Below the pieces are notes generated by a model. It saw nothing but the letters and a program-made list of their open reading frames with translations. It was not told the DNA's origin and made no database searches. From an uncultured Bacilli bacterium (lineage in GTDB: Bacteria > Bacillota_I > Bacilli_A > RFN20 > CAG-826): a stretch of 64,000 bases of DNA. Both the position numbers and the translations under genes were made by a program. This document shows, in pieces, positions 16,797 through 25,573 of the stretch (position 1 is its first letter; every line of letters starts with the position of its first letter). Where the stretch lies: NCBI GenBank assembly GCA_905236715.1, contig CAJOMQ010000001.1, positions 7,211 through 71,210 on the forward strand, written 5' to 3'.

Positions 16797-17990
16797 TTAA
16801 TATGTCTTTTTAAGGGGAAAATGTTTAATTCCGGCTTCAAGGAATTCTTCCCCAATTATTTCGTATCCTAAGGACAGATATAAAGGCAAAATATCACTCA
16901 TTGAATGAATATAAATAGTGCACGGATTATATTTATGACCAATTAAATCACCTAAAAAATTAATCGCTGAAGAAGCATAGCCATGATGTCTTTCTTCTTT
17001 GATAATCGCCACACGTTCTATCTTATAGCCATCTTCATAAGGCCGATAACGGATGCAGCCAATCGGGTTATCCTTTAGATAAATAAGGAAATTGTGCGAA
17101 TCTTTTTCCGTATTTAAATCAATTTCATCCGCAAAAGAAATACCATATTCTTCCACAAAACAGCGATATCTAATATCAGACATAATAGCCATTTGGTATG
17201 AATCAATCACCGGTCTTAAAGTTAAGCCTTCATTATTTAATTGATAGGCAATATCTTCACCCCATAAATCCATTTGTTCATATTTAGATAACATCTTGAT
17301 GAAATTTTCTTGGGCTTGTGGGTAAGAATGATAAATATCATTCATGAGATTTTTAATATCTTCTCTAGTGGTGGTTTTATCCGCGGGGCAATGCGAATCA
17401 AAAACGGGTAGATTCTCTTCTTTCACTAATCTTTTAATTTCATTTTCATGTGTCAATATAAGAGGACGAATAAAAGTGATATCCGCTTTCGCTAAATGCA
17501 TTTTCGGTGAGAAAGTAGCAATACGCGAACCATATATTTCATTCATCATTAAAGTTTCAATCGCATCATCCGCGTGGTGGGCGAAAGCCACTTTATTAAA
17601 AGCAATCTCATTTGCCACTTTATTAATCGCCGCTTTTTTCATCCGGGAGCAAATAGAACAGGGAAGATGCTTTAAATCTTGTTTCTCTTGCTGAATTTTT
17701 AAAATCTTATATACTTCGCGACAATCAACGACCATTAACTCCAAACCAATAGAACGACAAAATGTCACCATAGGTTGAGGATTAAAATTTGGAAAACCCA
17801 AATCCAAAGTGACCGGTTGAAGCTTAAAATCAGTGTGAGAAAATTTCTGATATAAAGTCAAACAATAGGTTAAAGCAATACTATCTTTTCCGCCTGATAA
17901 ACCGATGACAATTTTATCGCCATGTTCAATAAGATTATAGGTGCTATCAGCTTTCCTGATACAAGCCAAAACCGTTCTAATTGATTTCAT
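16797..17990 (-). CDS. TtcA-like PP-loop ATPase (tRNA thiolase family) fused to a C-terminal GNAT acetyltransferase domain
   Basis: SGGKDS PP-loop, CSICSRMKK and a later HCP (TtcA-type Cys triad), and HHADD. The C-terminal ~140 aa (about 16800-17228) have a GNAT-like pattern (ERVAIIKEERHHGYASSAINFL). Confidence 0.7.
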   Translation of the reverse strand: MKSIRTVLACIRKADSTYNLIEHGDKIVIGLSGGKDSIALTYCLTLYQKFSHTDFKLQPVTLDLGFPNFNPQPMVTFCRSIGLELMVVDCREVYKILKIQQEKQDLKHLPCSICSRMKKAAINKVANEIAFNKVAFAHHADDAIETLMMNEIYGSRIATFSPKMHLAKADITFIRPLILTHENEIKRLVKEENLPVFDSHCPADKTTTREDIKNLMNDIYHSYPQAQENFIKMLSKYEQMDLWGEDIAYQLNNEGLTLRPVIDSYQMAIMSDIRYRCFVEEYGISFADEIDLNTEKDSHNFLIYLKDNPIGCIRYRPYEDGYKIERVAIIKEERHHGYASSAINFLGDLIGHKYNPCTIYIHSMSDILPLYLSLGYEIIGEEFLEAGIKHFPLKKTY

Positions 17991-18017
17991 AGTGATAATT
18001 ATATTATCATAAAAATA

Positions 18018-18866
18018 ATGGATGGCATATTATTAATTGATAAAGAAAAAGATTGGACTTCCCATGATGTTTGTCAAAAAATCAAACATCTTTTAAAAGT
18101 GGATAAAGTCGGTCATAGTGGAACTCTTGATCCTTTTGCCACTGGTTTATTAATTGTCGCTATCAATAAAGCCACCAAAGCCTTGCTTTATGCTAATTTT
18201 TCTTATAAAACTTACATTGCCGAATTAGCGTTAGGTAGCAAAACTTCAACAGGTGATGTCACAGGGGAAGTAATAGAAAACAAAGATGTGCCTAATCTAA
18301 ACAAAGAACAAATTAAAGAAGTATTGTCTTCCTTTGTCGGCCATTCATCCCAATTAGTGCCGATGACCAGTGCGGTACATGTGAATGGAATGAAATTATA
18401 TAAATATGCTCAACAAGGTCTTGATGTCGAGCGACCATCACGAGAAATAGATATCAAATACATCAAACTTTTATCTTTTGATAAAAATATCATTAAATTT
18501 CAATGTTTGGTCTCTTCTGGTACCTATATCAGAGTGCTTGGGGAAGATATCGCCGAAAAATTAAATACCGTGGGCCATCTTGTTTCTTTGAAACGAATCG
18601 CTTTTGGCGAAAATGAATCGTTGAAATTAGAAGACGCGATCAAGATAGAAGATGTTAATATTGATCAAATTAAATCAATCATCAATTTTATTGATTTGCC
18701 ACATTATGAAATTGATGAAGAGATGGCGAAAAGAATCATTTGCGGACAAACAGTCCCGTTACAAACCAAAGAAAATAAAGTCTTAATCGTGTATAATAAT
18801 GATGCCATCGCGGTCTATCAAAGAGACCATGGTGATTATTTCAAATGCGAAAGGGGTTTGTGGTAG
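18018..18866 (+). CDS. truB: tRNA pseudouridine(55) synthase
   Basis: HSGTLDPFATGLL catalytic Asp motif and conserved synteny with ribF. Confidence 0.95.
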   Translation: MDGILLIDKEKDWTSHDVCQKIKHLLKVDKVGHSGTLDPFATGLLIVAINKATKALLYANFSYKTYIAELALGSKTSTGDVTGEVIENKDVPNLNKEQIKEVLSSFVGHSSQLVPMTSAVHVNGMKLYKYAQQGLDVERPSREIDIKYIKLLSFDKNIIKFQCLVSSGTYIRVLGEDIAEKLNTVGHLVSLKRIAFGENESLKLEDAIKIEDVNIDQIKSIINFIDLPHYEIDEEMAKRIICGQTVPLQTKENKVLIVYNNDAIAVYQRDHGDYFKCERGLW

Positions 18867-19766
18867 ATGCAAATTATTGAATTCACCTATCCAAATATCG
18901 AACCAATTAATGAAGATTTAACGCTTTGCTTAGGCTTTTTTGATGGCATGCATTTGGGGCACCAATTATTAATCAAAAATGCCAAAAAAGAAGGTTATAA
19001 AGTTGGTGTCTTTACTTTTGATAATTCACCCGCTTTTGTGTTAGGGAAAATCAATGAGAATCTCTGCTTAACATCAATCGCCGATAAAGCGGAATTTTTA
19101 TCCGAATATAACATCGATTATCTTTTCTTGATGCATTTTGATTTGGAAACCACCAAAATCACCAAAGATGAATTTATTGATAATGTTTTAAAAATTATTA
19201 ATCCAAAAGTTATTTTCTGTGGTGAAGATTATCGTTTTGGTGCTCGTGGTGAAGGTAACCCTAATTATTTGTCTTTATTCTTCCCGACAAAAGTTTTGGG
19301 AATTGCCAAAAAAGATGGCATCAAAATTGCCTCTCGCGACATCAAAAAATTAATTCAAACCCATAAAATAACAAAAGCCAATGAATTATTAGGAAGACCT
19401 TATCGCATTAATGGGTTAGTCGTAGAAGGAAATCACCAAGGTAAATCTTTAGATTTTCCCACAGCAAATCTCAAATTGGATTATCCCTATGTTTTTCCGG
19501 ATTTTGGTGTTTATATGGGATATGCCGAAATATATGGAAAAAGATATAAAGCTATCATCAATGTTGGCACTCATCCCACCTTACTTACTTTATTTAAACC
19601 CATCATTGAAGTTCACATCATTGACTTTGATGGGAACATATACGGAAAAGATATTTTCATCGAATTTATCGACTATATGCGGAGCGAAAAGAAATTCGCT
19701 TCCGTCGAAGAATTAAAGGCCCAATTAGAAAAAGATAAAGAAAAAGCAAAAAATACTTTGAAATAA
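18867..19766 (+). CDS. ribF: Bifunctional riboflavin kinase / FMN adenylyltransferase
   Basis: GFFDGMHLGHQ (nucleotidyltransferase) and a C-terminal riboflavin kinase (FPTANL, E-x-H). Confidence 0.95.
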   Translation: MQIIEFTYPNIEPINEDLTLCLGFFDGMHLGHQLLIKNAKKEGYKVGVFTFDNSPAFVLGKINENLCLTSIADKAEFLSEYNIDYLFLMHFDLETTKITKDEFIDNVLKIINPKVIFCGEDYRFGARGEGNPNYLSLFFPTKVLGIAKKDGIKIASRDIKKLIQTHKITKANELLGRPYRINGLVVEGNHQGKSLDFPTANLKLDYPYVFPDFGVYMGYAEIYGKRYKAIINVGTHPTLLTLFKPIIEVHIIDFDGNIYGKDIFIEFIDYMRSEKKFASVEELKAQLEKDKEKAKNTLK

Positions 19767-19784
19767 TTACGAAAGAATATATTA

Positions 19785-19850
19785 TATTCCCAGCGACTTT
19801 CGCGCAGTCTACCGAATCCTCGACGGTTCACCGGGTGAAAGTTAAGAAGA
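19785..19850 (+). promoter_or_regulatory. Candidate structured rpsO (S15) leader
   Basis: A GC-rich (~60% by hand count over ~48 nt), self-complementary island sits in AT-rich DNA. actttc (19796-19801) can pair with gaaagt (19837-19842), and tcac(c)/(g)gtga forms a local hairpin at 19828-19838. It lies directly upstream of the rpsO SD. Confidence 0.35.
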
Positions 19851-19868
19851 AAATAGGAGGAACATTTC

Positions 19869-20138
19869 ATGGCATTAACCAAAGAAATGAAAGCGGAAAT
19901 TGTCAAAAAATATGGCAAGAATGAAAAAGACACTGGCTCTGTGCAAGTGCAAGTGGCCTTATTAACCGCGCAAATCAAAGCTTTAACTGCTCACTTAAAA
20001 GCCAATCACAAAGATGCTCACAGTAAGCGTAGCTTGATGATCTTAGTCGGTCAAAGACGTAGTTTATTAGACTACCTCATCAGAACCGATAGAGAAGCAT
20101 ATCTCAAACTAATTGTCGATCTCGGATTACGTAAATAA
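19869..20138 (+). CDS. rpsO: 30S ribosomal protein S15
   Basis: 89 aa with a typical S15 sequence (GSVQVQVALLTAQI...HLKANHKDAHSKRSL). Confidence 0.97.
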   Translation: MALTKEMKAEIVKKYGKNEKDTGSVQVQVALLTAQIKALTAHLKANHKDAHSKRSLMILVGQRRSLLDYLIRTDREAYLKLIVDLGLRK

Positions 20139-20156
20139 TTAGGAGATATCGAAACA

Positions 20157-20182
20157 AACCGCGAAATGCGGTTTTTCTTTTT
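20157..20182 (+). terminator. Intrinsic terminator after rpsO
   Basis: aaccgc-gaaat-gcggtt followed by TTTCTTTTT. Confidence 0.75.
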
Positions 20183-20193
20183 CTATAAAACTG

Positions 20194-20222
20194 TTGATAT
20201 CAGTTTTATATTTACATATAAT
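20194..20222 (+). promoter_or_regulatory. Candidate promoter of pnp
   Basis: TTGATA (20194-20199), 17 nt, then TATAAT (20217-20222). Confidence 0.5.
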
Positions 20223-20256
20223 ATGACCGTTGAAAATTTAAAAAAGAGGTAAAAAA

Positions 20257-22458
20257 ATGAAAAGAGTATTCGAATTAGAATTCGAAGGAAAGAAGTTTGT
20301 CGTTGAAGCCGGTGAAATCGCCAAACAAGCCGATGGCGCCGTCTTAGTGAGATTAAACGACACAGTTGTTCTTTCCACCGCATGTTGCTCCGACAATCCC
20401 AAAGAAGGAGATTTCTTCCCTCTCACCGTCGGATATGAAGAAAAGCAATATGCTGTTGGCAAAATTCCTGGCTCCTTCTTAAGAAGAGAAGGCCGCGCTA
20501 GTGAACATGCCACCTTAACTGCGAGATTAATCGATCGTCCCATTAGACCGATGTTCTCCGAAGGATTTAGAAATGAAGTGCAAATCGTTAACACCGTGAT
20601 GTCTGTTGATCAAGATTGCACACCCGAAATGACCGCCATGCTCGGTAGCTCCTTAGCCTTAGGAATTTCTGATATTCCTTTTGATGGACCTATCGCTGGT
20701 GTCCAAGTTGGTCGCGTTAATGGTCAATTTATCATTAACCCCACCGTCGCGGAAAAAGAAGCTAGTGATTTAAATTTAACAGTCGCTGGTACTAAAGAAG
20801 CCATCAATATGGTGGAAGCCGGTGCTGACCAATTAGATGAAGACACGATGCTTGATGCTTTAATGTTTGGTCACGCTGCCGTGAAGAGATTATGCGAATG
20901 GCAAGAAGAAATCATTAAAGAAATCGGTGTCGAAAAAAGAGAAATTGAATTATATCAACCTGATCCCGAAGTGGTGAAAGATATCACCGATAGAGCGGAA
21001 GAAAGATTGAAAAAAGCTATCTCTATCTTTGATAAATTAGAAAGACAAGATGCGATTGACGCGATTGAAAACGAAATTATCGAAGATTACGATTCCCGTA
21101 AATATGAAGATGAAAAAACCCATCAAAAAATCATGCACATGGTCAACGAAACTTTAGAAGGTTTAGTGGCCAAAGAAGTGAGAAGATTAATCACCGATGA
21201 AAAGATTAGACCTGATGGTCGTAAAGTCGATGAAATTCGCCCTTTAGATGCGCAAGTGGATTTATTACCAAGAGTGCATGGTAGTGCGATGTTCACCCGT
21301 GGTCAAACCCAAGTCATCTCGGTCACCACTTTAGGGGCCAAGAGCGATGAACAAATTATTGATAATTTGACCCCTGAAGAAACTCGTCATTGGATGCATC
21401 ATTATAATTTCCCACCATATTCTGTTGGTGAAGTGGGAAGAATGGGGAGCCCAGGCCGTCGTGAAATCGGTCATGGTGCCTTAGGCGAAAGAGCCTTATC
21501 TTATGTCATTCCTAGCGAAGAAGAATTCCCATATACCATCCGTACAGTCGCGGAAGTGTGTGAAAGTAACGGTTCTAGTTCCCAAGCTAGTATCTGCGCT
21601 TCTTGTATGTCCTTAATGGCCGCTGGTGTCCCTATCAAAGCAATGGTTTCTGGTATTGCCATGGGCTTAATTAGTTCTGGTCCATTAGATGGCAAACACC
21701 CCTATACTATCCTTACGGATATTCAAGGTTTAGAAGACCATTTTGGCGATATGGACTTCAAAGTGGCAGGTACCGAAAAAGGTATTACCGCTTTACAAAT
21801 GGATATCAAAATTAAAGGTGTCACTCGTGATGTTCTAAAAGAAGCCTTAGCGCAAGCCCATGATGCTCGTGCCCAAATTCGTGAAGTGATGAAAAAAGCC
21901 ATCGCCGAACCACGTCCTGATGTCGGTAAATACGCACCAAAAATGGATACATTTAAAATCGATGTCGATAAAATTAGAGAAGTTATCGGTACCGGTGGCA
22001 AAGTCATCAATGATATTATCGCTAAATGCGATAACGTCAAGATTGATATCGAAGATGATGGCCAAGTCACCATCTATCATATGAATCGCGATGTCATTAA
22101 CCAAGCGAAACAAATGATTCTTGATATCGTTAGAGAAGCCAAAGTTGGTGAAGATTTTGAAGGCGAAGTCACACGTGTGGAAGATTATGGTGCTTTTGTC
22201 CACTTATTCGGTAATGTGGAAGGCTTATGCCACGTCTCCCGTTTAGGCTGGGGCTATATTGAAAATGCCTCTGACGTCGTCAAAGTGGGTGACCGTATCA
22301 AAGTTCGCGTCATCGAAATCGATGATAAAGGTAAAGTGAAAGTCTCCCACAAAGAATTCACCGAAAAACCCGAAAATTATACGGAAAGACCAGCGAAAAT
22401 TGAACATCATGATCGTCCCGATCGTTCCTTCAAAGGTCCCCGCAAATTCAAAAAATAG
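20257..22458 (+). CDS. pnp: Polyribonucleotide nucleotidyltransferase (PNPase)
   Basis: 733 aa with two RNase PH domains, KH and S1 ([15 protein letters not shown]). Confidence 0.97.
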   Translation: MKRVFELEFEGKKFVVEAGEIAKQADGAVLVRLNDTVVLSTACCSDNPKEGDFFPLTVGYEEKQYAVGKIPGSFLRREGRASEHATLTARLIDRPIRPMFSEGFRNEVQIVNTVMSVDQDCTPEMTAMLGSSLALGISDIPFDGPIAGVQVGRVNGQFIINPTVAEKEASDLNLTVAGTKEAINMVEAGADQLDEDTMLDALMFGHAAVKRLCEWQEEIIKEIGVEKREIELYQPDPEVVKDITDRAEERLKKAISIFDKLERQDAIDAIENEIIEDYDSRKYEDEKTHQKIMHMVNETLEGLVAKEVRRLITDEKIRPDGRKVDEIRPLDAQVDLLPRVHGSAMFTRGQTQVISVTTLGAKSDEQIIDNLTPEETRHWMHHYNFPPYSVGEVGRMGSPGRREIGHGALGERALSYVIPSEEEFPYTIRTVAEVCESNGSSSQASICASCMSLMAAGVPIKAMVSGIAMGLISSGPLDGKHPYTILTDIQGLEDHFGDMDFKVAGTEKGITALQMDIKIKGVTRDVLKEALAQAHDARAQIREVMKKAIAEPRPDVGKYAPKMDTFKIDVDKIREVIGTGGKVINDIIAKCDNVKIDIEDDGQVTIYHMNRDVINQAKQMILDIVREAKVGEDFEGEVTRVEDYGAFVHLFGNVEGLCHVSRLGWGYIENASDVVKVGDRIKVRVIEIDDKGKVKVSHKEFTEKPENYTERPAKIEHHDRPDRSFKGPRKFKK

Positions 22459-22472
22459 AAAATAAAACATCA

Positions 22473-22498
22473 AGGCTCTCGATTTGAGAGCCTTTTTC
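22473..22498 (+). terminator. Intrinsic terminator after pnp
   Basis: aggctctc-gattt-gagagcct followed by TTTTT. Confidence 0.8.
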
Positions 22499-22534
22499 GT
22501 GTATGATACATACGTAAATTAGTTTTATTGATGT

Positions 22535-24118
22535 ATGAAAAAATTCTTTCGTAAATTATTCTCACCAACCACTTTTATCATCTTAATTTTGCTATTAGAA
22601 TTAGCGATTTTAATTTTTGGCTTTTACCTTATTGAATTTATTTTTGAAAACTACGTCCCTGAAGAATATAGTAGTCTTTCTTTTTTGACGTATATATTCA
22701 TCCGGTTCTTATTATGGATTTTCCAAATGATTATCTTTTTCCGGATTATCAATAAATACGAAAATCCTGAATATAAAGTCACTTGGATTGCTTTTATGGC
22801 GATTTTACCCGTGAGCACAACGATTATGTATCTCATTTTCGCTAATCACGGATTAAGAAAGAAAGATCGTCGTATCATCTTGCCCACGAACAAGATACAA
22901 GAAGGGATATTCCAGTTAAAAGAAGAAGAAATCGACGATTTCCGCTATAACGTCCCACTGGAATATCGTGGCATCTTTAAATATTTAAGAAAAACCACCC
23001 GTTTATCAAATAGTAAAGATAACCAAGTTACATATTTTAAAAACGGTGAAGCATTCTTCCCAGAATTTGTCCGTTGCTTATCGGAAGCCAAAGAATTCAT
23101 CCTTATGGAATTTTTCATCATCGGTGAAGGCAAGTGGTGGAAACAAATAGAATCAGTTTTAAAGCAAAAGGCGAAAGAAGGCGTAGAAATAAGACTCATC
23201 TATGATGATATGGGCTCTTTTGGTTTATTACCTTCTTCTTATCCTAAACAATTAGCCAAATTTGGCATCAAATGCTATAAATTTAACAAATTTAAACCAT
23301 TATTATCCGGTGTATATAATAACCGGACTCATAGAAAAATCGCTGTTATTGATCACAAATATGGCTTTACCGGTGGTATGAATTTAGCGGATGAATACGC
23401 CAATGAAATCGTCCGCTTCGGTTATTGGAAAGATACCATGGTGAAAATTGAAGGTCGTGGTATTGCTAATTTAATTGCTACTTTCTTACAAAATTATGAT
23501 TTATGCACCCACAAAATTTCTGATTATAAGAAATATATTGAAGGTGAATACCCACAATATGAAAATGGTGGCTATTTATTTGCGTTTGGCGATGGTCCTG
23601 GTAGCTTTGACGGTAACGAACAAATTGGTGAACAAAATTATTTAAATATCATTAATTCCGCAAAAAGAGAATTATGGATATCCACTCCTTATCTCATTCC
23701 TACTTATCGTTTAACAGAAGCTTTAAAAAACGCCGCGAAAAGAGGTGTGGAAGTGAATTTATTTGTCCCCGGCATTCCCGATAAACGCGTCGTTTATTGG
23801 ATGGCCAAATGTGATTTTCACATTTTAGTGGATGCCGGAGTCAATATTTATATCTATAAACCAGGTTTCAATCACGAAAAAGAATGTTTAGCGGATGATA
23901 TTATCGCCTTTGTGGGTACCATTAATTTTGATTTCCGTAGTTTAACACATCATTTTGAATGTGGCGTGGATATTTATAACGACCCATGTTTAAAAGATAT
24001 CAAAGAAGATTTTTTAGAAATGAAAATGCAATCACAAATTGTGGACAAAGCCTATAAAGTTAATGGCTTTCAAAGATTTGTGGCCTCTATTCTCAAATTA
24101 GTGCGCACATTGTTATAA
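22535..24118 (+). CDS. cls: Cardiolipin synthase (PLD superfamily)
   Basis: N-terminal TM helices and two HKD motifs (HRKIAVIDHKYGFTGGMNL and HEKECLADD...GTINFD). Confidence 0.9.
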   Translation: MKKFFRKLFSPTTFIILILLLELAILIFGFYLIEFIFENYVPEEYSSLSFLTYIFIRFLLWIFQMIIFFRIINKYENPEYKVTWIAFMAILPVSTTIMYLIFANHGLRKKDRRIILPTNKIQEGIFQLKEEEIDDFRYNVPLEYRGIFKYLRKTTRLSNSKDNQVTYFKNGEAFFPEFVRCLSEAKEFILMEFFIIGEGKWWKQIESVLKQKAKEGVEIRLIYDDMGSFGLLPSSYPKQLAKFGIKCYKFNKFKPLLSGVYNNRTHRKIAVIDHKYGFTGGMNLADEYANEIVRFGYWKDTMVKIEGRGIANLIATFLQNYDLCTHKISDYKKYIEGEYPQYENGGYLFAFGDGPGSFDGNEQIGEQNYLNIINSAKRELWISTPYLIPTYRLTEALKNAAKRGVEVNLFVPGIPDKRVVYWMAKCDFHILVDAGVNIYIYKPGFNHEKECLADDIIAFVGTINFDFRSLTHHFECGVDIYNDPCLKDIKEDFLEMKMQSQIVDKAYKVNGFQRFVASILKLVRTLL

Positions 24119-24135
24119 GTTGGGAGGAAAAGACA

Positions 24136-25572
24136 ATGTATGATGTTTTAATTATCGGTGCCGGTGTCACCGGTGCGATGATCGCGAGAAATTTAGCTAA
24201 ATATCAATTATCTGTGGCCTTATTAGATAAGGAAAATGATGTTGGTAATTTAACTAGTAACGCTAATTCGGCAATTATCCATTCTGGATATGACCCTGTT
24301 CCCGGTACTTTAAAAGCCAAATTCAATGTTCTTGGTAATCAAATGTATGACCAAGTCGCCGATGAATTAGATGTACATTTTTATCGTTATGGTTCTTTAA
24401 CCGTCGCTTTATATGATGAACAATTACCCGTTTTAAACGAATTAGCGGAAAGAAGTAAATTAAATGGTGTCCCCGTGCAATTATTAAACGCCGAAGAAGT
24501 AAAAGCGCTAGAACCTAATATCAGCCCCAATGTTAAAGGAGCTTTATTAGCCCCCACAGCCGGCGTTATTGATCCCTTTAATTTAGTGGTCCATGCGGTG
24601 GAAAACGCGGTCGATAACGGGGTGAAATTATTTTTAAATGAAGAAGTGGTTAATATCAGCAAAACCAAAGATAAATTCTTAGTTCTAACTAAGAAAGGAC
24701 AATATGAAGCTAAAATTGTCATTAACGCCGCCGGGGCATTTGCGGATAAAATTGCCTCGATGTTTGAACCCATTGATTGGCATATTATTCCGCGTAAAGG
24801 TGAATATTTTGTTTTAGACCATTTTGCTTATGGCTTTGTTAATCACACGATTTTCCCTTTACCAAGTGAAAAAGGAAAAGGCATTTTAGTGACGATGACT
24901 AGTTCCGGTAATTATCTAGTGGGACCGAGCAGTGAAGTAGTTAATGATCCCGATGATTATCAAACAGATGGTCCTACTTTAGCCAATGTGAGAAAACAAG
25001 CCACCGATATGGTACCAAATATACCATTTAACCAAGTCATAAGAGTCTTTTCTGGCATTAGACCGACACCAAGTACACACGATTTCATTCTTGGCTATGC
25101 CAAAACTGATAATCATTTCATCAATGCCGCTGGTATTGAATCACCTGGTTTAGCAAGCGCTCCCGCGATTGGTCAATATGTCGTAGAAGAATTAGTGAGA
25201 CCTCTTATCGAATTAATTCCTAATCCCAATTTCAATCCGAGAGTAAGAAAATATAAAGTCATGTACGATATGACATTAGAAGAAAAAGAACAAGCCATTA
25301 AGGAAGATCCCGATTACGGCAAAATCATCTGTAATTGCGAACATATTCCTTTGGGACAAATCAAAGATGTTTTATCGCGTAGTGTTCCTCCACATAGTGT
25401 GAAAGGGGTGAAACGTCGTGTCCGTGCCGGATATGGCAAATGTCAAGGTGGCTTCTGTTCACCAAGTGTCGTTTTGCTTTTAGCAAAGCATTATGGTATT
25501 TCGCCATTAGAAGTGAGTTATGATCAAGAAAATTCTCCCATTCTTTTACAAAAAGTAAAGGAGGTCAAATAA
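24136..25572 (+). CDS. FAD-dependent glycerol-3-phosphate dehydrogenase/oxidase-like protein with a BFD-like [2Fe-2S] C-terminal domain
   Basis: GAGVTGAM dinucleotide fold, and C-terminal CNCEH...GKCQGGFC cysteines. Confidence 0.8.
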   Translation: MYDVLIIGAGVTGAMIARNLAKYQLSVALLDKENDVGNLTSNANSAIIHSGYDPVPGTLKAKFNVLGNQMYDQVADELDVHFYRYGSLTVALYDEQLPVLNELAERSKLNGVPVQLLNAEEVKALEPNISPNVKGALLAPTAGVIDPFNLVVHAVENAVDNGVKLFLNEEVVNISKTKDKFLVLTKKGQYEAKIVINAAGAFADKIASMFEPIDWHIIPRKGEYFVLDHFAYGFVNHTIFPLPSEKGKGILVTMTSSGNYLVGPSSEVVNDPDDYQTDGPTLANVRKQATDMVPNIPFNQVIRVFSGIRPTPSTHDFILGYAKTDNHFINAAGIESPGLASAPAIGQYVVEELVRPLIELIPNPNFNPRVRKYKVMYDMTLEEKEQAIKEDPDYGKIICNCEHIPLGQIKDVLSRSVPPHSVKGVKRRVRAGYGKCQGGFCSPSVVLLLAKHYGISPLEVSYDQENSPILLQKVKEVK

Positions 25573-25573
25573 G

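Noticed and set aside
11545-17990. The inserted block, considered as a mobile element or defence island.
   Set aside because: I could see no integrase, transposase, recombinase, tRNA attachment site, flanking direct or inverted repeats, restriction-modification, toxin-antitoxin or other recognisable defence genes. It is reported only as a synteny break.
15587-22473. Further embedded ORFs: 15587-15847, 16003-16218, 17344-17694, 19489-19716, 19673-19978, 20183-20383, 20238-20594, 21501-21695, 21723-22073, 21847-22203, 22243-22473.
   Set aside because: They overlap the sensor gene, the TtcA-like gene, ribF, rpsO or pnp on the opposite strand or in another frame. None has an SD or recognisable motifs. 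They are typical mirror ORFs of long genes in AT-rich DNA.
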